64,000 nucleotides of DNA, taken from Caecitellus pseudoparvulus (lineage: Eukaryota; Protista; Bigyra: Bicosoecida). Below, one piece after another: positions 43,334 to 54,400 of this stretch. The number at the start of each line of letters is the position of its first letter. Position 1 is the stretch's first letter. Position numbers and translations under genes: made by a program. Location of the stretch: assembly GCA_965644315.1 (NCBI GenBank), contig CBFFRQ010000016.1:69364-133363 (forward strand), written 5' to 3'. The notes below the pieces were generated by a model. That model ran no database searches and was not told the DNA's origin. It worked only from the letters and a program-made list of their open reading frames with translations.

Positions 43334-45967
43334 ATGGCCAGTCCCAGACCCTCACTTACCTGGGGAGGCAAGGCCTCCTTGCCCATGTGCGGGCCGCATG
43401 GCCACAACGCTCTGGTCGTTTCTCCGCCAGACGCTGCAGCGCTGCGCCTGCTTCCAGGCATGCTTGCTGCAGTGCTGGACAGCCGAGGCAGGCGCATTGC
43501 TGTGGGATTCTTGTGGACCAGCCCGGCGGTGAAGCCTGGCACTTTGCAAGGCGGGCACTTCCCACACCGCCTCGTCTCAGCTGGCTTCACGACCTTTGCC
43601 TTGGCCAAGGGCATCACACTGCAGCCGTTGCCTGGGGCCGGACCAGTGCCAGTTGCCCTGGCCGTGACAGCTTCCGCTGCAGCTGAAGAACAGGCTGCAG
43701 CCCTGCCATCCCAGACCACAGCCATGGTTGCGCTGGGCGGGGCACTGGTGTGCCCTGGAATGGCCCTAGCACTCCCCGTGCCCGTCCCTTCCTTGCCGAC
43801 AACCCCAGGCGGCGCCCGTGAAGCGCAAAGCGACACGGTCCCCCAAGCATCCCCCGCGCAACCCTCCCGGACCACTGGGGGCGACTCACCCTCAGCATGG
43901 TCGCCCTCCTCGCCGGGCCTCGCATATGCAGACTCCACAACACCCTCCTCCACCTCCCCCGTGTTGTCTTTGACTCTGACATGCCCTACATCTGACGCGC
44001 CAGTGCAGCAGGTGCTGGCTGGCTGGACGCAGGTGTCGGTGCATCGCCAAGCAGATGCCGAAGCAGCCCAGGCCGCACCCCTGCCCAAAGATGGTCCCCA
44101 CAGCAGTGCAGCCCTCACCGCCTCTGCTGCGCCAGCTGCACTGCTGCAGCACCTCGTCCGCACCCTCCGCGGGTCGCTTGAACCAGCCACGTGGTCAGCG
44201 TTTTCCGCAGCAGAAGGCGGCCCCCCTCCTCGCGGCATGCTGCTGCACGGACCCCCCGGCACAGGCAAGAGCACACTTGCCAGGCAAGCTGCCCGAGCGC
44301 TGGCCTGCGAGGTGGTGCATCTGGATGGAGGCGCGTTGTGTGGCCTTCCCCCCCAGCAGGCTCGAGCAGCCATCGCCAAAGCGTACGCATGCCTGCCCTC
44401 CACGCTGCAGCCAGATCCCAAAGTGCGCTGGCTCACACATGACATGCCTGCACCTGCGAGTGTCGCTTCGCCCTCTGTCGCTGCAGCGGCCCGTGAGAGC
44501 GACCCAGACCACAGCCAGCGCTGGCCAAGCCTCGCACGTGCAGGTCGCATGGTGATCGTGGATGAGGTGGACGCGCTGGGCAGCGGCAGGGGCGGGGGGG
44601 GTGCCAGTGCCGCCTCCACTTCCCTTTTGCAGACGCTCCAAGGCGTCATGCAGAGCACTGGCAGCTCTGGCAAGCCCATCCCTATCATCACAGTGGGCAC
44701 CACGAACAGGCAAGCCGATGTCGCGCCTTGCTTGCAGGCTGCCGGCTGCCTGGACAGCGCTTTGGCCGTGCCGCCCCCCTCGTCCACGTCCCGTCTGAGC
44801 ATTCTACAGGGCTTGTTTCCCGCACACTTGCACGTAGAGGCTGGGGATGTCCCGACGGCTACAGGCTTTCGAGCAGGCCCCACGCGGAGCTACCCACACA
44901 CCCTCACGCAGGAACAGCTGCAAGACATTGCCGAACGCACGAATGGATATGTCGCAGCGGACCTGGCAGGCATGGCACGAGAGGCAGCCTTGTCGGCTCT
45001 GCATCGAGCGCAGCAGGCTGCTGTGCACTTCTCGGATATTCAGCACGGCCTGGCCAAGGTGCAGCCCTCTGCGCTGCGGGCTGTGACCGTGCAGGTGCCC
45101 AGTACCGCCTGGACTGACGTAGCTGGCGCCGAAGATGCCAAACAGGTCCTACAGGAGGCAGTGCAGTGGCCGCTGGAGCAGCCGGAGCTCTTTGCGCAGG
45201 CAGGCGTTGCGCCGCCCATAGGCGTGCTCCTGTACGGGCCGCCTGGCACCGGCAAGACGCTGCTCGCAAAAGCCCTTGCACACGAAACGAGGGCAAACTT
45301 CATCTCTGTCAAAGGCCCTGAGCTGTTTTCGATGTATGTAGGCGACAGTGAGAAGGCGGTGCAGGCGCTCTTCGCTCGTGCGCGCGCTGTCGCACCGTGC
45401 GTTGTCTTCATTGACGAAGTGGACGCCATGGGGCGCAAACGAGGTGGCAGCGCCAGCACAGGCACGTCAGTGGGTGACAGGGTCTTGAACCAGCTGCTGA
45501 CTGAGATGGACACCCTAGCGTCAGCCTACTCCACCACCATCGGGCAAGGCGCCTCGGCTGCCGATTGGCTTGCCTCACGCGTGGTCGTGGTGGGAGCCAC
45601 GAACAGGCCTGACACTCTGGACCCCGCTCTCATTCGACCTGGGCGCCTGGAGCGCCTCGTGCACGTAGGCCTGCCAAGTGCCGAGGCCAGGTGCAGCCTG
45701 CTGTCTGCTGCCCTGCGGAAAGTGCAGGCAGGCGCGTTGTCGGAAGATGTGGTGGCAGGCGACATTGCCGCTGCTCTTGCGTCAGCATCAGGGGCAGAAG
45801 TGGCCGGTGTGGTGCGCACAGCAGCCATGGCAGCCATAGCAGAGGATCCAAACGCACCAGTGCTGCGCCAACGACACTTATTGGCCGCAGCACAGCGCCT
45901 TGTGCCCCAAGCCACAGCGGCTTCGTTGCAGTTCTACCGAGACTGGGGCAAGCAGCAACAGCGATGA
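43334..45967 (+). CDS. Double-ring AAA+ ATPase, AFG2/SPATA5(L1)-like
   Basis: D1: GPPGTGKS and IVDEVD. D2: LQEAVQWPL, GPPGTGKT, NFISVKGPELFSMYVGDSE, FIDEVD, RVLNQLLTEMD, ATNRPDTLDPALIRPGR. Confidence 0.88.
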   Translation: MASPRPSLTWGGKASLPMCGPHGHNALVVSPPDAAALRLLPGMLAAVLDSRGRRIAVGFLWTSPAVKPGTLQGGHFPHRLVSAGFTTFALAKGITLQPLPGAGPVPVALAVTASAAAEEQAAALPSQTTAMVALGGALVCPGMALALPVPVPSLPTTPGGAREAQSDTVPQASPAQPSRTTGGDSPSAWSPSSPGLAYADSTTPSSTSPVLSLTLTCPTSDAPVQQVLAGWTQVSVHRQADAEAAQAAPLPKDGPHSSAALTASAAPAALLQHLVRTLRGSLEPATWSAFSAAEGGPPPRGMLLHGPPGTGKSTLARQAARALACEVVHLDGGALCGLPPQQARAAIAKAYACLPSTLQPDPKVRWLTHDMPAPASVASPSVAAAARESDPDHSQRWPSLARAGRMVIVDEVDALGSGRGGGGASAASTSLLQTLQGVMQSTGSSGKPIPIITVGTTNRQADVAPCLQAAGCLDSALAVPPPSSTSRLSILQGLFPAHLHVEAGDVPTATGFRAGPTRSYPHTLTQEQLQDIAERTNGYVAADLAGMAREAALSALHRAQQAAVHFSDIQHGLAKVQPSALRAVTVQVPSTAWTDVAGAEDAKQVLQEAVQWPLEQPELFAQAGVAPPIGVLLYGPPGTGKTLLAKALAHETRANFISVKGPELFSMYVGDSEKAVQALFARARAVAPCVVFIDEVDAMGRKRGGSASTGTSVGDRVLNQLLTEMDTLASAYSTTIGQGASAADWLASRVVVVGATNRPDTLDPALIRPGRLERLVHVGLPSAEARCSLLSAALRKVQAGALSEDVVAGDIAAALASASGAEVAGVVRTAAMAAIAEDPNAPVLRQRHLLAAAQRLVPQATAASLQFYRDWGKQQQR

Positions 45968-46010
45968 TGCCCCCATGCAGAGGCTGGCGTCTCAATCAAC
46001 ATGCATTGCT

Positions 46011-47920
46011 TCAAAGGGCGACGACGGTGTCCTCCACCCCCAGGCTGGACTGCACGCGCTGGACTGACACCCCTGGAAGCAGGCCAAGGCAGCCGATGAG
46101 CAAGCCTGCCACCTGTGCCCACGCCTGCCACAGCAGCCTGGCCACGCCAGCACTGAAGTCCAAGGAGCCCTGTGTGGACACCCTGTGTTGTGCGGTGCGG
46201 GGCTGGTTCCGCGCCAGCGGCAAGACGACGAAGTTCCCCAGTGTGATGGCTGCCGCATCGCCCAGCGCCCAAATCGCGTGGCCAAGCGCCAGGTCCCGCA
46301 CCTGCCACACTTTGCTGCTTTCGATGAACCACTTCGCAAGCGCCCCGATGCGTCTGCCAACGCCCGAAGTGAGGAGCAGACCGTTGAATACCAGCAGCGC
46401 CTCGTGGGGGCCCAGTGACAAGCACATCACGCGCGGGTTTGGCCACGAAGGAAAGCCCGAAATGGCGTCTGGGTATACCCCCAAGCCTTGCACTGGGCCT
46501 GTCTTGGAGCAGCCCAGGACAGTCCAAATGGGGAGAATGCACACACTCCACAGCAGCGTCATCGCCTTCACCAACGAAAGCCACAGCACCGTACCCACGG
46601 TGCCTGAACCGTGTGAGGGTTTTGCACTCGGGAATTCCTGTTGCACGCTGCGGGCAATGTTGGCTGCCACCAAGTGTGCCTGTAGCTCGGCTGTGTGTGC
46701 GAGTTTGAGCTCGGAGGTGCCGGCGTGCAGAGCCACATCCCCAGCCGCGAACACCCGCCCTGAGCTTGCGTGCCCGGTCGGGAAGGGGACAGCCAAACAC
46801 CGGTCCACCTGCACCTGCCCACCAGGCAGGACGAAGGGGTGTGTCCCAGAGCTACACGCTCGCAGGAAGTCGGAGCAGGGCTTGAAACCGACGCAGGTGA
46901 AGATGACGTCACCGTGCAGTGTGCCGCCATCCTGCAGCTCCAGCATGCCACCGCGAATGCCAAACAGCACCTCCTGCTCTGCACTGCGGGGCTCGGCACC
47001 ACGCAGCACTTGAGGAACACTCTGCCCAGGATTAGATCTGGAACGAGACCTGCTGCGGGTGCTGGTGGATGCAGCAGGGGCAGAGGACTCCGCGGCATCC
47101 GTTCGCTTCGCCCGAGTGCCCAGCAATACCTTGACGCCACGGCGCTGAAACCAAGCAAGGGCAGCACTGCCGACAGGTGAAGGCTGATCGTGCAGCAGGG
47201 AAGGCGCTGAAGATATCAGGGTGATGTGCATGTTGGGATGGTGCGTTGCCAGCTCACCCGCCATTTCAACTCCCACTGCACCACCGCCTACCACGACTGC
47301 TCGCTGCACACTTGGACAGCTCACACGCCTAGCCACTGCCCGAATGCAGGCTTGGCGCACTGCCAGATCCCCCTCTGCATGGGTAGGCTTCATGGGTGCA
47401 GCGTAGTCGCTGCCTGTCGCCAGCACCAGGAAGTCATATGTTCGAGACAGCTGTGCTCCACCTGCTCTGCGCCGCGTTGCATGCACCTGCCGGGACTCAA
47501 AGTCGACGCGGGTGACATCTGCCCATGTGAAGGTGATGTTGTCAGCTGCGGCAGCCGGTGCAGCACCTTCCCCAAACCACGCAGCAGAGGTGCTGGCAGT
47601 CGGCCACCACGCCAGGAACTGAGCAGCCCAGCTGGGCCCAGCGATGACGTGGTGCATGTCGGTGTGCAGCAGTGGCAAGTGGTCGGGGTCCACCAACGCA
47701 CGGAGCACCCCTGGAGTGTACTCGTGATAGTTCCTTTTGTCGATGATTTCCACCTGTGCGCAGGGCACCTTGGCCAACAGGTTCCTTGCTACCATCTGCG
47801 GAATTCGAGCAGCAGGATAGGATGGCTTGCCATGCGCGAGCGCTGTTTCATGGTAGCCCCAGCACTCACGATGGCGGAAAAAGAGCCACCAAGAATAACG
47901 ACTCGTGGTGATGCATCCAT
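46011..47920 (-). CDS. AIFM2/FSP1-like FAD/NAD(P)H oxidoreductase with C-terminal hydrophobic extension; intron 47796-47869
   Basis: VVILGGSFSA, YDFLVLATGS, VVGGGAVGVEMAGE, VFAAGD. Confidence 0.85.
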
Positions 47921-48132
47921 TTCCGAAACCTCGTTCGTTGAGAGCAAGACAGCGCCCAGGCAGCAACGGGCGTGCGCGCTGGCTGATTCCGCACACGAAT
48001 CTCCCCGCGCGTATGCAAGCGGGGGACGCAGCAGAGGCCTGCAGCGGGTACTCGCAAAACTGATGGGCACCGAAAACTTCACTGGTAGAATTGTGTCATG
48101 CTCGGACGTTTTTCCACGCCAAGGCCAGCTGC

Positions 48133-49000
48133 TCAGGGAGCTGAGCCCAGCGCTGCCCCTCCGAGTCCAACGTCAGGGGGGGCCTCGCCCTCCTCAGGCG
48201 CTGGGTGGGTGACTGAGTACGCGATGTACACGAGGAGGAGAATGATAATCATGCCGCTGTACAGGAGCACCTTGTCCCCCGACACACGCCGCTCAATCAT
48301 TCGGATCAAGGACTGCGACATGCCCAGCGAAGTTGCCACGTCCAGGAACGTCCGGTGAATGCGCTGCATGGGCAGGGCAAGGTCAGGGAATGGGTGACTG
48401 CATCAGTCAGAGGCTGTCAGTGGGGCTGCTCACCTTCAGTGACGTCCCCTGCACGCGGAGTGACTCCAGCACGCTGCCGGCCGAGGCGTTGATGTCGTCC
48501 AACGCAGCAGTACTGCGGCCCAAGCTCTGCCCTTCCGCCACAAGTGTGTTCACAGTCACAGAGTGGTCCTGTGCGTGGCAATCAGGCTATCGTGCTGGTG
48601 TAGCATGTGGCCCCTCCTGTCGCAGGACACCTACGGCACCGGCAAACAACGCCTGCCGTTGACGCGTGGCTTGACTGGCGTGGAAACCAGAGGTGAACAG
48701 CCGCTCCAGAGACGAACGGGTCATGTCACAGTCCTCTTGCAACGCTCGTAGCCTGCGTTGCCACAGCACGCGGGCCTGGCCATCCAAGCTGTCCACAGTG
48801 GAAGCCAGCGTCGCAAGACCAGCCAGGACTCGTGAGCTGAGCTGGGCTGCAGTATTCTTCATCGCATCGCCACCCAAGCCTTCCTCCAGCTGTTGCACCT
48901 GATGCTGGAGCTCGCCAACTTGGCGTCGAAGCTCTGCATGTTGGCGGGAAACCCCACCAAGGGCCACACCACCGTCCCTGCCCCCACTGGCGTGCGCCAT
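48133..49000 (-). CDS. GOSR2: Membrin/GOSR2/Bos1 Qb-SNARE; introns 48569-48634 and 48364-48433
   Basis: LRVQGTSLK-RIHRTFLDVATSLGMSQSLIRMIERRVSGDK followed by a TM segment. Confidence 0.88.
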
Positions 49001-49009
49001 GTGGCGGCA

Positions 49010-49019
49010 CAATTTCCGC
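49010..49019 (+). promoter_or_regulatory. CAATTTCCGC upstream element
   Basis: Perfect copy 9 nt upstream of the membrin ATG, in reverse orientation to the gene. Confidence 0.6.
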
Positions 49020-49135
49020 AGACCAAGCGTGGCGCTTGGCAACACACAACGTCTCAAAGGCGGAACCAAGAAAGGTGTGCACTTGGGCATTCATTGATTT
49101 TGTTCGTTTTTATGATTGCTGTGCCCCACAGCTGC

Positions 49136-51171
49136 TCACCTTCCTCGCATGAACGCTTGGTACTCTGGATCCGTCCCAACCACATACCCACGCCGTTGGG
49201 CCGCCCTACTGTGACTAGGGTGCACGTAAGCTGCACTGGCACCTCCACCTCCCCCACCATGCACACCCACCTGTGCCCCACCACCACCATGCATGCCCAT
49301 CCGTGCCCCACCTCCACCTCCCCCACCATGCACACCCACCTGTGCCCCACCTCCACCTCCACCATGCACACCCACCTGTGCCCCACCACCACCATGCATG
49401 CCCATCCGCGCCCCACCTCCACCTCCACCATGCACACCCACCTGTGCCCCACCACCACCATGCATGCCCATCCGTGCCCCACCTCCACCTCCACCATGCA
49501 CACCCACCTGTGCCCCACCACCACCATGCATGCCCATCCGTGCCCCACCTCCACCTCCACCATGCACACCCACCTGTGCCCCACCTCCACCATGCATGCC
49601 CATCCGCGCCCCACCTCCACCTCCACCACCATGCACACCCACCTGTGCCCCACCACCACCATGCATGCCCATCCGCGCCCCACCTCCACCTCCACCATGC
49701 ACACCCACCTGTGCCCCACCACCACCATGCACGCCCATCCGCGCCCCACCTCCACCTCCACCACCATGCACACCCACCTGTGCCCCACCACCACCATGCA
49801 TGCCCATCCGTGCCCCACCTCCACCTCCACCATGCACACCCACCTGTGCCCCACCACCACCATGCATGCCCATCCGCGCCCCACCTCCACCTCCCCCACC
49901 ATGCACACCCACCTGTGCCCCACCTCCACCTCCACCATGCACACCCACCTGTGCCCCACCACCACCATGCATGCCCATCCGCGCCCCACCTCCACCTCCA
50001 CCACCATGCACACCCACCTGTGCCCCACCACCACCTCCCGCACCCCTTCCGCTGAGTATTGCCGGACGCTCCACCTCTCCGGCCTTCGTGCGTGTCACCT
50101 CACTTTGAGCTGGAAGCGCCAGAGGGGGCAGCACGGCGTCGTACTTCTGCAGCACAAACAAAGCTACCTCTTGGTGTCGCTGCCACACCCCGTTGAGTGC
50201 CTGCAGCAGAGGGGCTGCCACTGGAGCCGGCACAACGGCGGCCTGCACCTGCGCAACTAGCGCAGCACCTGCAGCGTGCCACACTCGCGCCATAGTGAGC
50301 TCAGGAACACCAGGCTTCAGCTGACCTCCCCCCACGTAGGCTACCTTGCGCGTGCAGCAGGGGCAGAGCTGGAAGTGGTCTGGGGAGGGTTGACTCGTCA
50401 ACGGCAGCGGGCCTTGCATGCAGCAAGCCATGTACTGGCACTGCTTGAGACCCAGCAGGGAGAGTGCATGGTGCAGCAGGGCGCGGTGAAGGTACAAGGC
50501 TTGGGCACTCGCGAGAGCCTCTGGCGAGGGAGCTGTGGTGCCCAGCCATGCCTGGGCCTGTGTGGCGAAAGTGGCTGGCGAGAGGAAGAGAAACGCAGTG
50601 GACTGCTCACCCGGCCCACGCAGCGCAGCCCCATGAGCACCCACGGAAGAAGTGGTGAAGACCAGGATGCAGCGTTTGCTGGATTTGCCCTGAGCGCCCG
50701 GCTGAGAGAGACTGCGTGCCAAGGCATCCGCGACGTTGTCCAGGGCCAGCCTGCGCAAGGTAGCTCAGCCGTGCCAAGGAAACCCGCAGCCCCATATGGA
50801 AGCAAAGTGGCTCACCTTCCCGTGCTCGGTATTGTGAACATCTTCAGTTGCTTGCCTTGTAGTGACCGAGGGGCACGAAGCTCCGTGACAGGCATGCCCA
50901 GATGCTTCCCAAGCCGTTTCGCATGCGTTTCCCCTGACGCTTGACCGAGGTTGACGAAGGCCAACGACGCAGGGGTCTCGCGATTCGACTGGACAAACAA
51001 TGAGTAGTCTTCGCCAGCCTCAAACATTTCATCCCTGATCTTCACAGTGGGGTTGTCCTCGATGCGGAGCAGCCGTCGCCAACCTTCGTCCACTGGCTTT
51101 GGCCCACAAGCTGCCTTGGCTGCCAGTAACAGTTGGCCAGCTGACGGAGCCCCCGCAGCCATTACAGTCAT
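49136..51171 (-). CDS. Archaemetzincin (peptidase M54)-like pseudo-protease with Gly/His/Met repeat tail; intron 50751-50815
   Basis: LHHALSLLGLKQCQYMACCMQG...LCPCCTRKV aligns to the M54 pattern HEXXHXXGXXHCX4CXMX..CXXC. Confidence 0.65.
49240..50037 (-). repeat. Composite coding minisatellite, ~23 units of G4-7-AQVGVH / G6-7-ARMGMH
   Basis: 30-39 bp units are directly visible; length variation is always a multiple of 3. Confidence 0.95.
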
Positions 51172-51479
51172 ACACGTTTGAGGGGGTCTGTATGTCCATC
51201 CTGGGATGCCAGCCCGACACCTTAGCCGGACATTGCTTGAGCCGCTTTGGATTTGGAGAAGGAGATTAGTCGGGATCTGGGCTACTGGCGCCTTCCGGTG
51301 TATACCCATGTGTAGATGGCCCCCCTCCAGCCACGATGCGACTGGCCTTTCAGTCCTTCTACAACTTCAATTCTCATTACCCTGTACCCCTTCGCTTCAC
51401 TAGTACGTGAAGCACCTTCGCACCCTGCTTGCTGTATTGGCGTCAATCGAGCGCCGGAGCAGCAGCCACCAACCTCACC

Positions 51480-54400
51480 ATGGCGGCAGAAGGCCAACTT
51501 GCGTCTCCAGGAGACGTGGAGCTGGGCAGCGCAGGCACCAAGCCTGCTCAGGCTGCCGGCCCCAGCAGCGACTTCCAGGTGGACAAGTCCCAACTTGAGG
51601 TGCTGGCTGAGAACCGCGAGCTGCCAGACTTGGAGGCCATTGGAGGCGTGGAAAGCCTGGCCAACAAGCTGCACAGCAACGTGCACTCTGGCCTGACGGA
51701 CGCTCAGGTGGAGCTGAACCGCGAGAAGTTCGGGCGCAATGTCATGCCTGACAAGCCCGTGAAGACGCTGCTGCAGCACTTCTGGGAGTCTCTGGACGAC
51801 CTCACCCTGGCCATCTTGCAGGTGTGTTGCAGTGCTTGGGCGCCAAGCAGCGCAAAGTCCGCTCACCTGCCCTGTCGCTCCCTCCCCCCGCCCAGGTGGC
51901 TGGTGTCGTCTCCATCATCTTCGGTGTCGCAATTTCCAAGGCCAACGGCGATTGGTTCCAGGTGCGTCTTCAGCAGCGGGCACGCTCGATGGTGTGCAAT
52001 AACGTCTACGTCACAGTGCTCCTCACCGCACTCCTCTCTGCCTGGCTCAGGGTGTCGCCATTCTGGCTGCCGTGATTGTCGTCTCTGGCGTGACGAGCTT
52101 CCAGAACTTTACTCAGGACCAGCAGTTCGCTGCCCTGTCTGGTGCGTGGACGACGAGGCAGTGGCGGTGCTTGGCGCCTTGCTGCACTGCACCTACCCGC
52201 TCCCGCTCGCAGCTGTCAAGGAGGACCGCCTCGTGGAGGTGCGCCGCAACGGCCAAGATGTTGACATTTCCATCTACGACGTCGTCGTGGGGGACCTCTT
52301 CCGCGCCAAGTCCGGCGAAGTCATGCCCTGTGACGGCGTGCTGGTGTCTGGCCAGAACGTCAAGGCTGACGAGAGCTCCATGACTGGCGAGAGCAAGGCT
52401 GTGGCCAAGTCTCCCCGCTTCCCCTTCATGGTGGGCGGTTCCAAGCTGGTGTCTGGCGACGGCCGCCTGTTGGTCACGACTGTGGGCGAGGACACATCCT
52501 ACGGCCGCATTGTGAAGGCCATCCAGAACGAGCCCGAGAAGGAGACGCCCCTGCAGCAGAAGCTCGAGCGCCTGGCCATCCAGATCGGATACGTCGGCTT
52601 CGTCTTCGGCGCCCTGACCACCGTCGTCATCATCATCGCCTACTTCGCCTCTGGTCGCAGCGACACCGCTGGTGTCGACGGTCAGGCGTCCATCTTCATC
52701 GAAATGCTCCGCGCCATCGTGCTGGGCATCACCATTGTGGTCGTGGCGGTGCCTGAGGGCCTGCCCCTGGCTGTCACCATCTCCCTCGCCTTCTCCATGA
52801 AGCGCATGTACTCTGACAAGTGCCTCGTGCGCGAACTGGCCGCCTGCGAGACAATGGGCAGCGCCACCGCCATCTGCTCTGACAAGACCGGCACCCTGAC
52901 TGAGAACCGCATGACCGTCAAGCGTGGCTCCTTCCTGGGCAACTGGGTGAACGGCGCCCCCTCCAGCACTGCTGACGTGGGCGGCGACGCCACTGCCGTG
53001 CAGGTGGTGTCCCACTCCTGTGCTCTCAACGCCACCGCCCGCGTGCAGTACCCCGACGGCCCCGACGGCAAGCCATTCTACGTGAACTCCCCCACTGAGG
53101 GCTGCCTGCTGCACATGGTGCACGAGGCCTTCGGTGTTGACTTCGACGCACTGCGTGACTCCCTGGACTACGAGGTGCCGTTCTACCGCGAGCCCTTCTC
53201 CTCTGAGCGCAAGCGCATGACCACCGTGCACAAGGGTGTGGAGGAGTGGCACGGCGACTACGTCTGCTTCGTCAAGGGTGCCAGTGAGATCGTGCTGGGC
53301 TCCGACATCGCTGCCAAGTGGCGCACCACCGACGGCGAGATCCTGTCCCTGGACGACGAGGTGCCTGAGAAGTATGCCGCCGCGGCAGGCGCCAAGGCGG
53401 GCGAGACCATGCGCCAAGTGCTCCTGCGCAACGTCGACGAGATGGCCTCAGATGGCTTCCGAACCCTGGGCATCGGCTACCGCCCCATGGCCGCTGCGGA
53501 CCTGCCCATGGGCGCCGAGGACGCCGACGCCCGTGACTCCATCATGAGCCGTGCCCTGCACAGTGGCGAGCTGGAGGCTGGCCTCATCATCACCGCTGTC
53601 GTGGGCATCGAGGATCCCGTGCGCGCTGGCGTGCCGGAGGCTGTGGCGCGCTGCATGAGCGCCGGCATCCGCGTGCGCATGTGCACTGGCGACAACCAGA
53701 AGACTGCAGCCAACATCGCCAAGCAGTGCGGCATCCTGGCCGAGGGCGCGCCCATCGAGGGGCACGTCATGCTGGGCAAGGCCTTCCGTGCACTGTCCGA
53801 CGAGCAGCGCCTGGCGGCTCTGCCCACGCTGGACGTCCTTGCCCGCTCCTCCCCCCACGACAAGCTGCTGCTGGTCAAGGGCCTGCAGACGCTGGGTGAG
53901 ACCGTGTCTGTGACGGGTGACGGCACCAACGACGCGCCCGCTCTGACCGCTGCCGACATCGGCCTGGCCATGGGCATCGCCGGCACGGAGGTGGCCAAGG
54001 AGGCTTCCAAGATCGTCATCACTGACGACCGCTTCACGTCCATCGTCACCGCTGTCAAGTGGGGCCGCTCTGTCCTCGGTGCGTCCCCGCCGCCACGCCC
54101 GCCGAGGCCGCCACTCCACCCACACACCCCCGCACGCTTCCCCCCACAGAGAACATCCGCAAGTTCCTGCAGTTCCAGCTCACCATCAACATCGTCGCTC
54201 TCCTCGGTGCGTGCACTGCCTTCCCTGCAGTGCGGCTGCCAGTGTTTCACCCCCTCCCACTCCCCCTCCGCAGTCACCATCATCATCGCCACCACCAACG
54301 AGGGTGACACCAGCCGCTTCCCCATCAACCCCGTTCAACTGCTGTGGATCAACCTCATCATGGACTCCTTCGCCGCCCTGGCCCTGGCCACGGAGCCCCC

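Noticed and set aside
48893-50260. Plus-strand extensin-like, His-rich and Thr-rich ORFs across the minisatellite
   Set aside because: The repeat lacks stops in most frames. Only the minus frame is continuous with a spliced domain-bearing gene, although antisense expression is not excluded.
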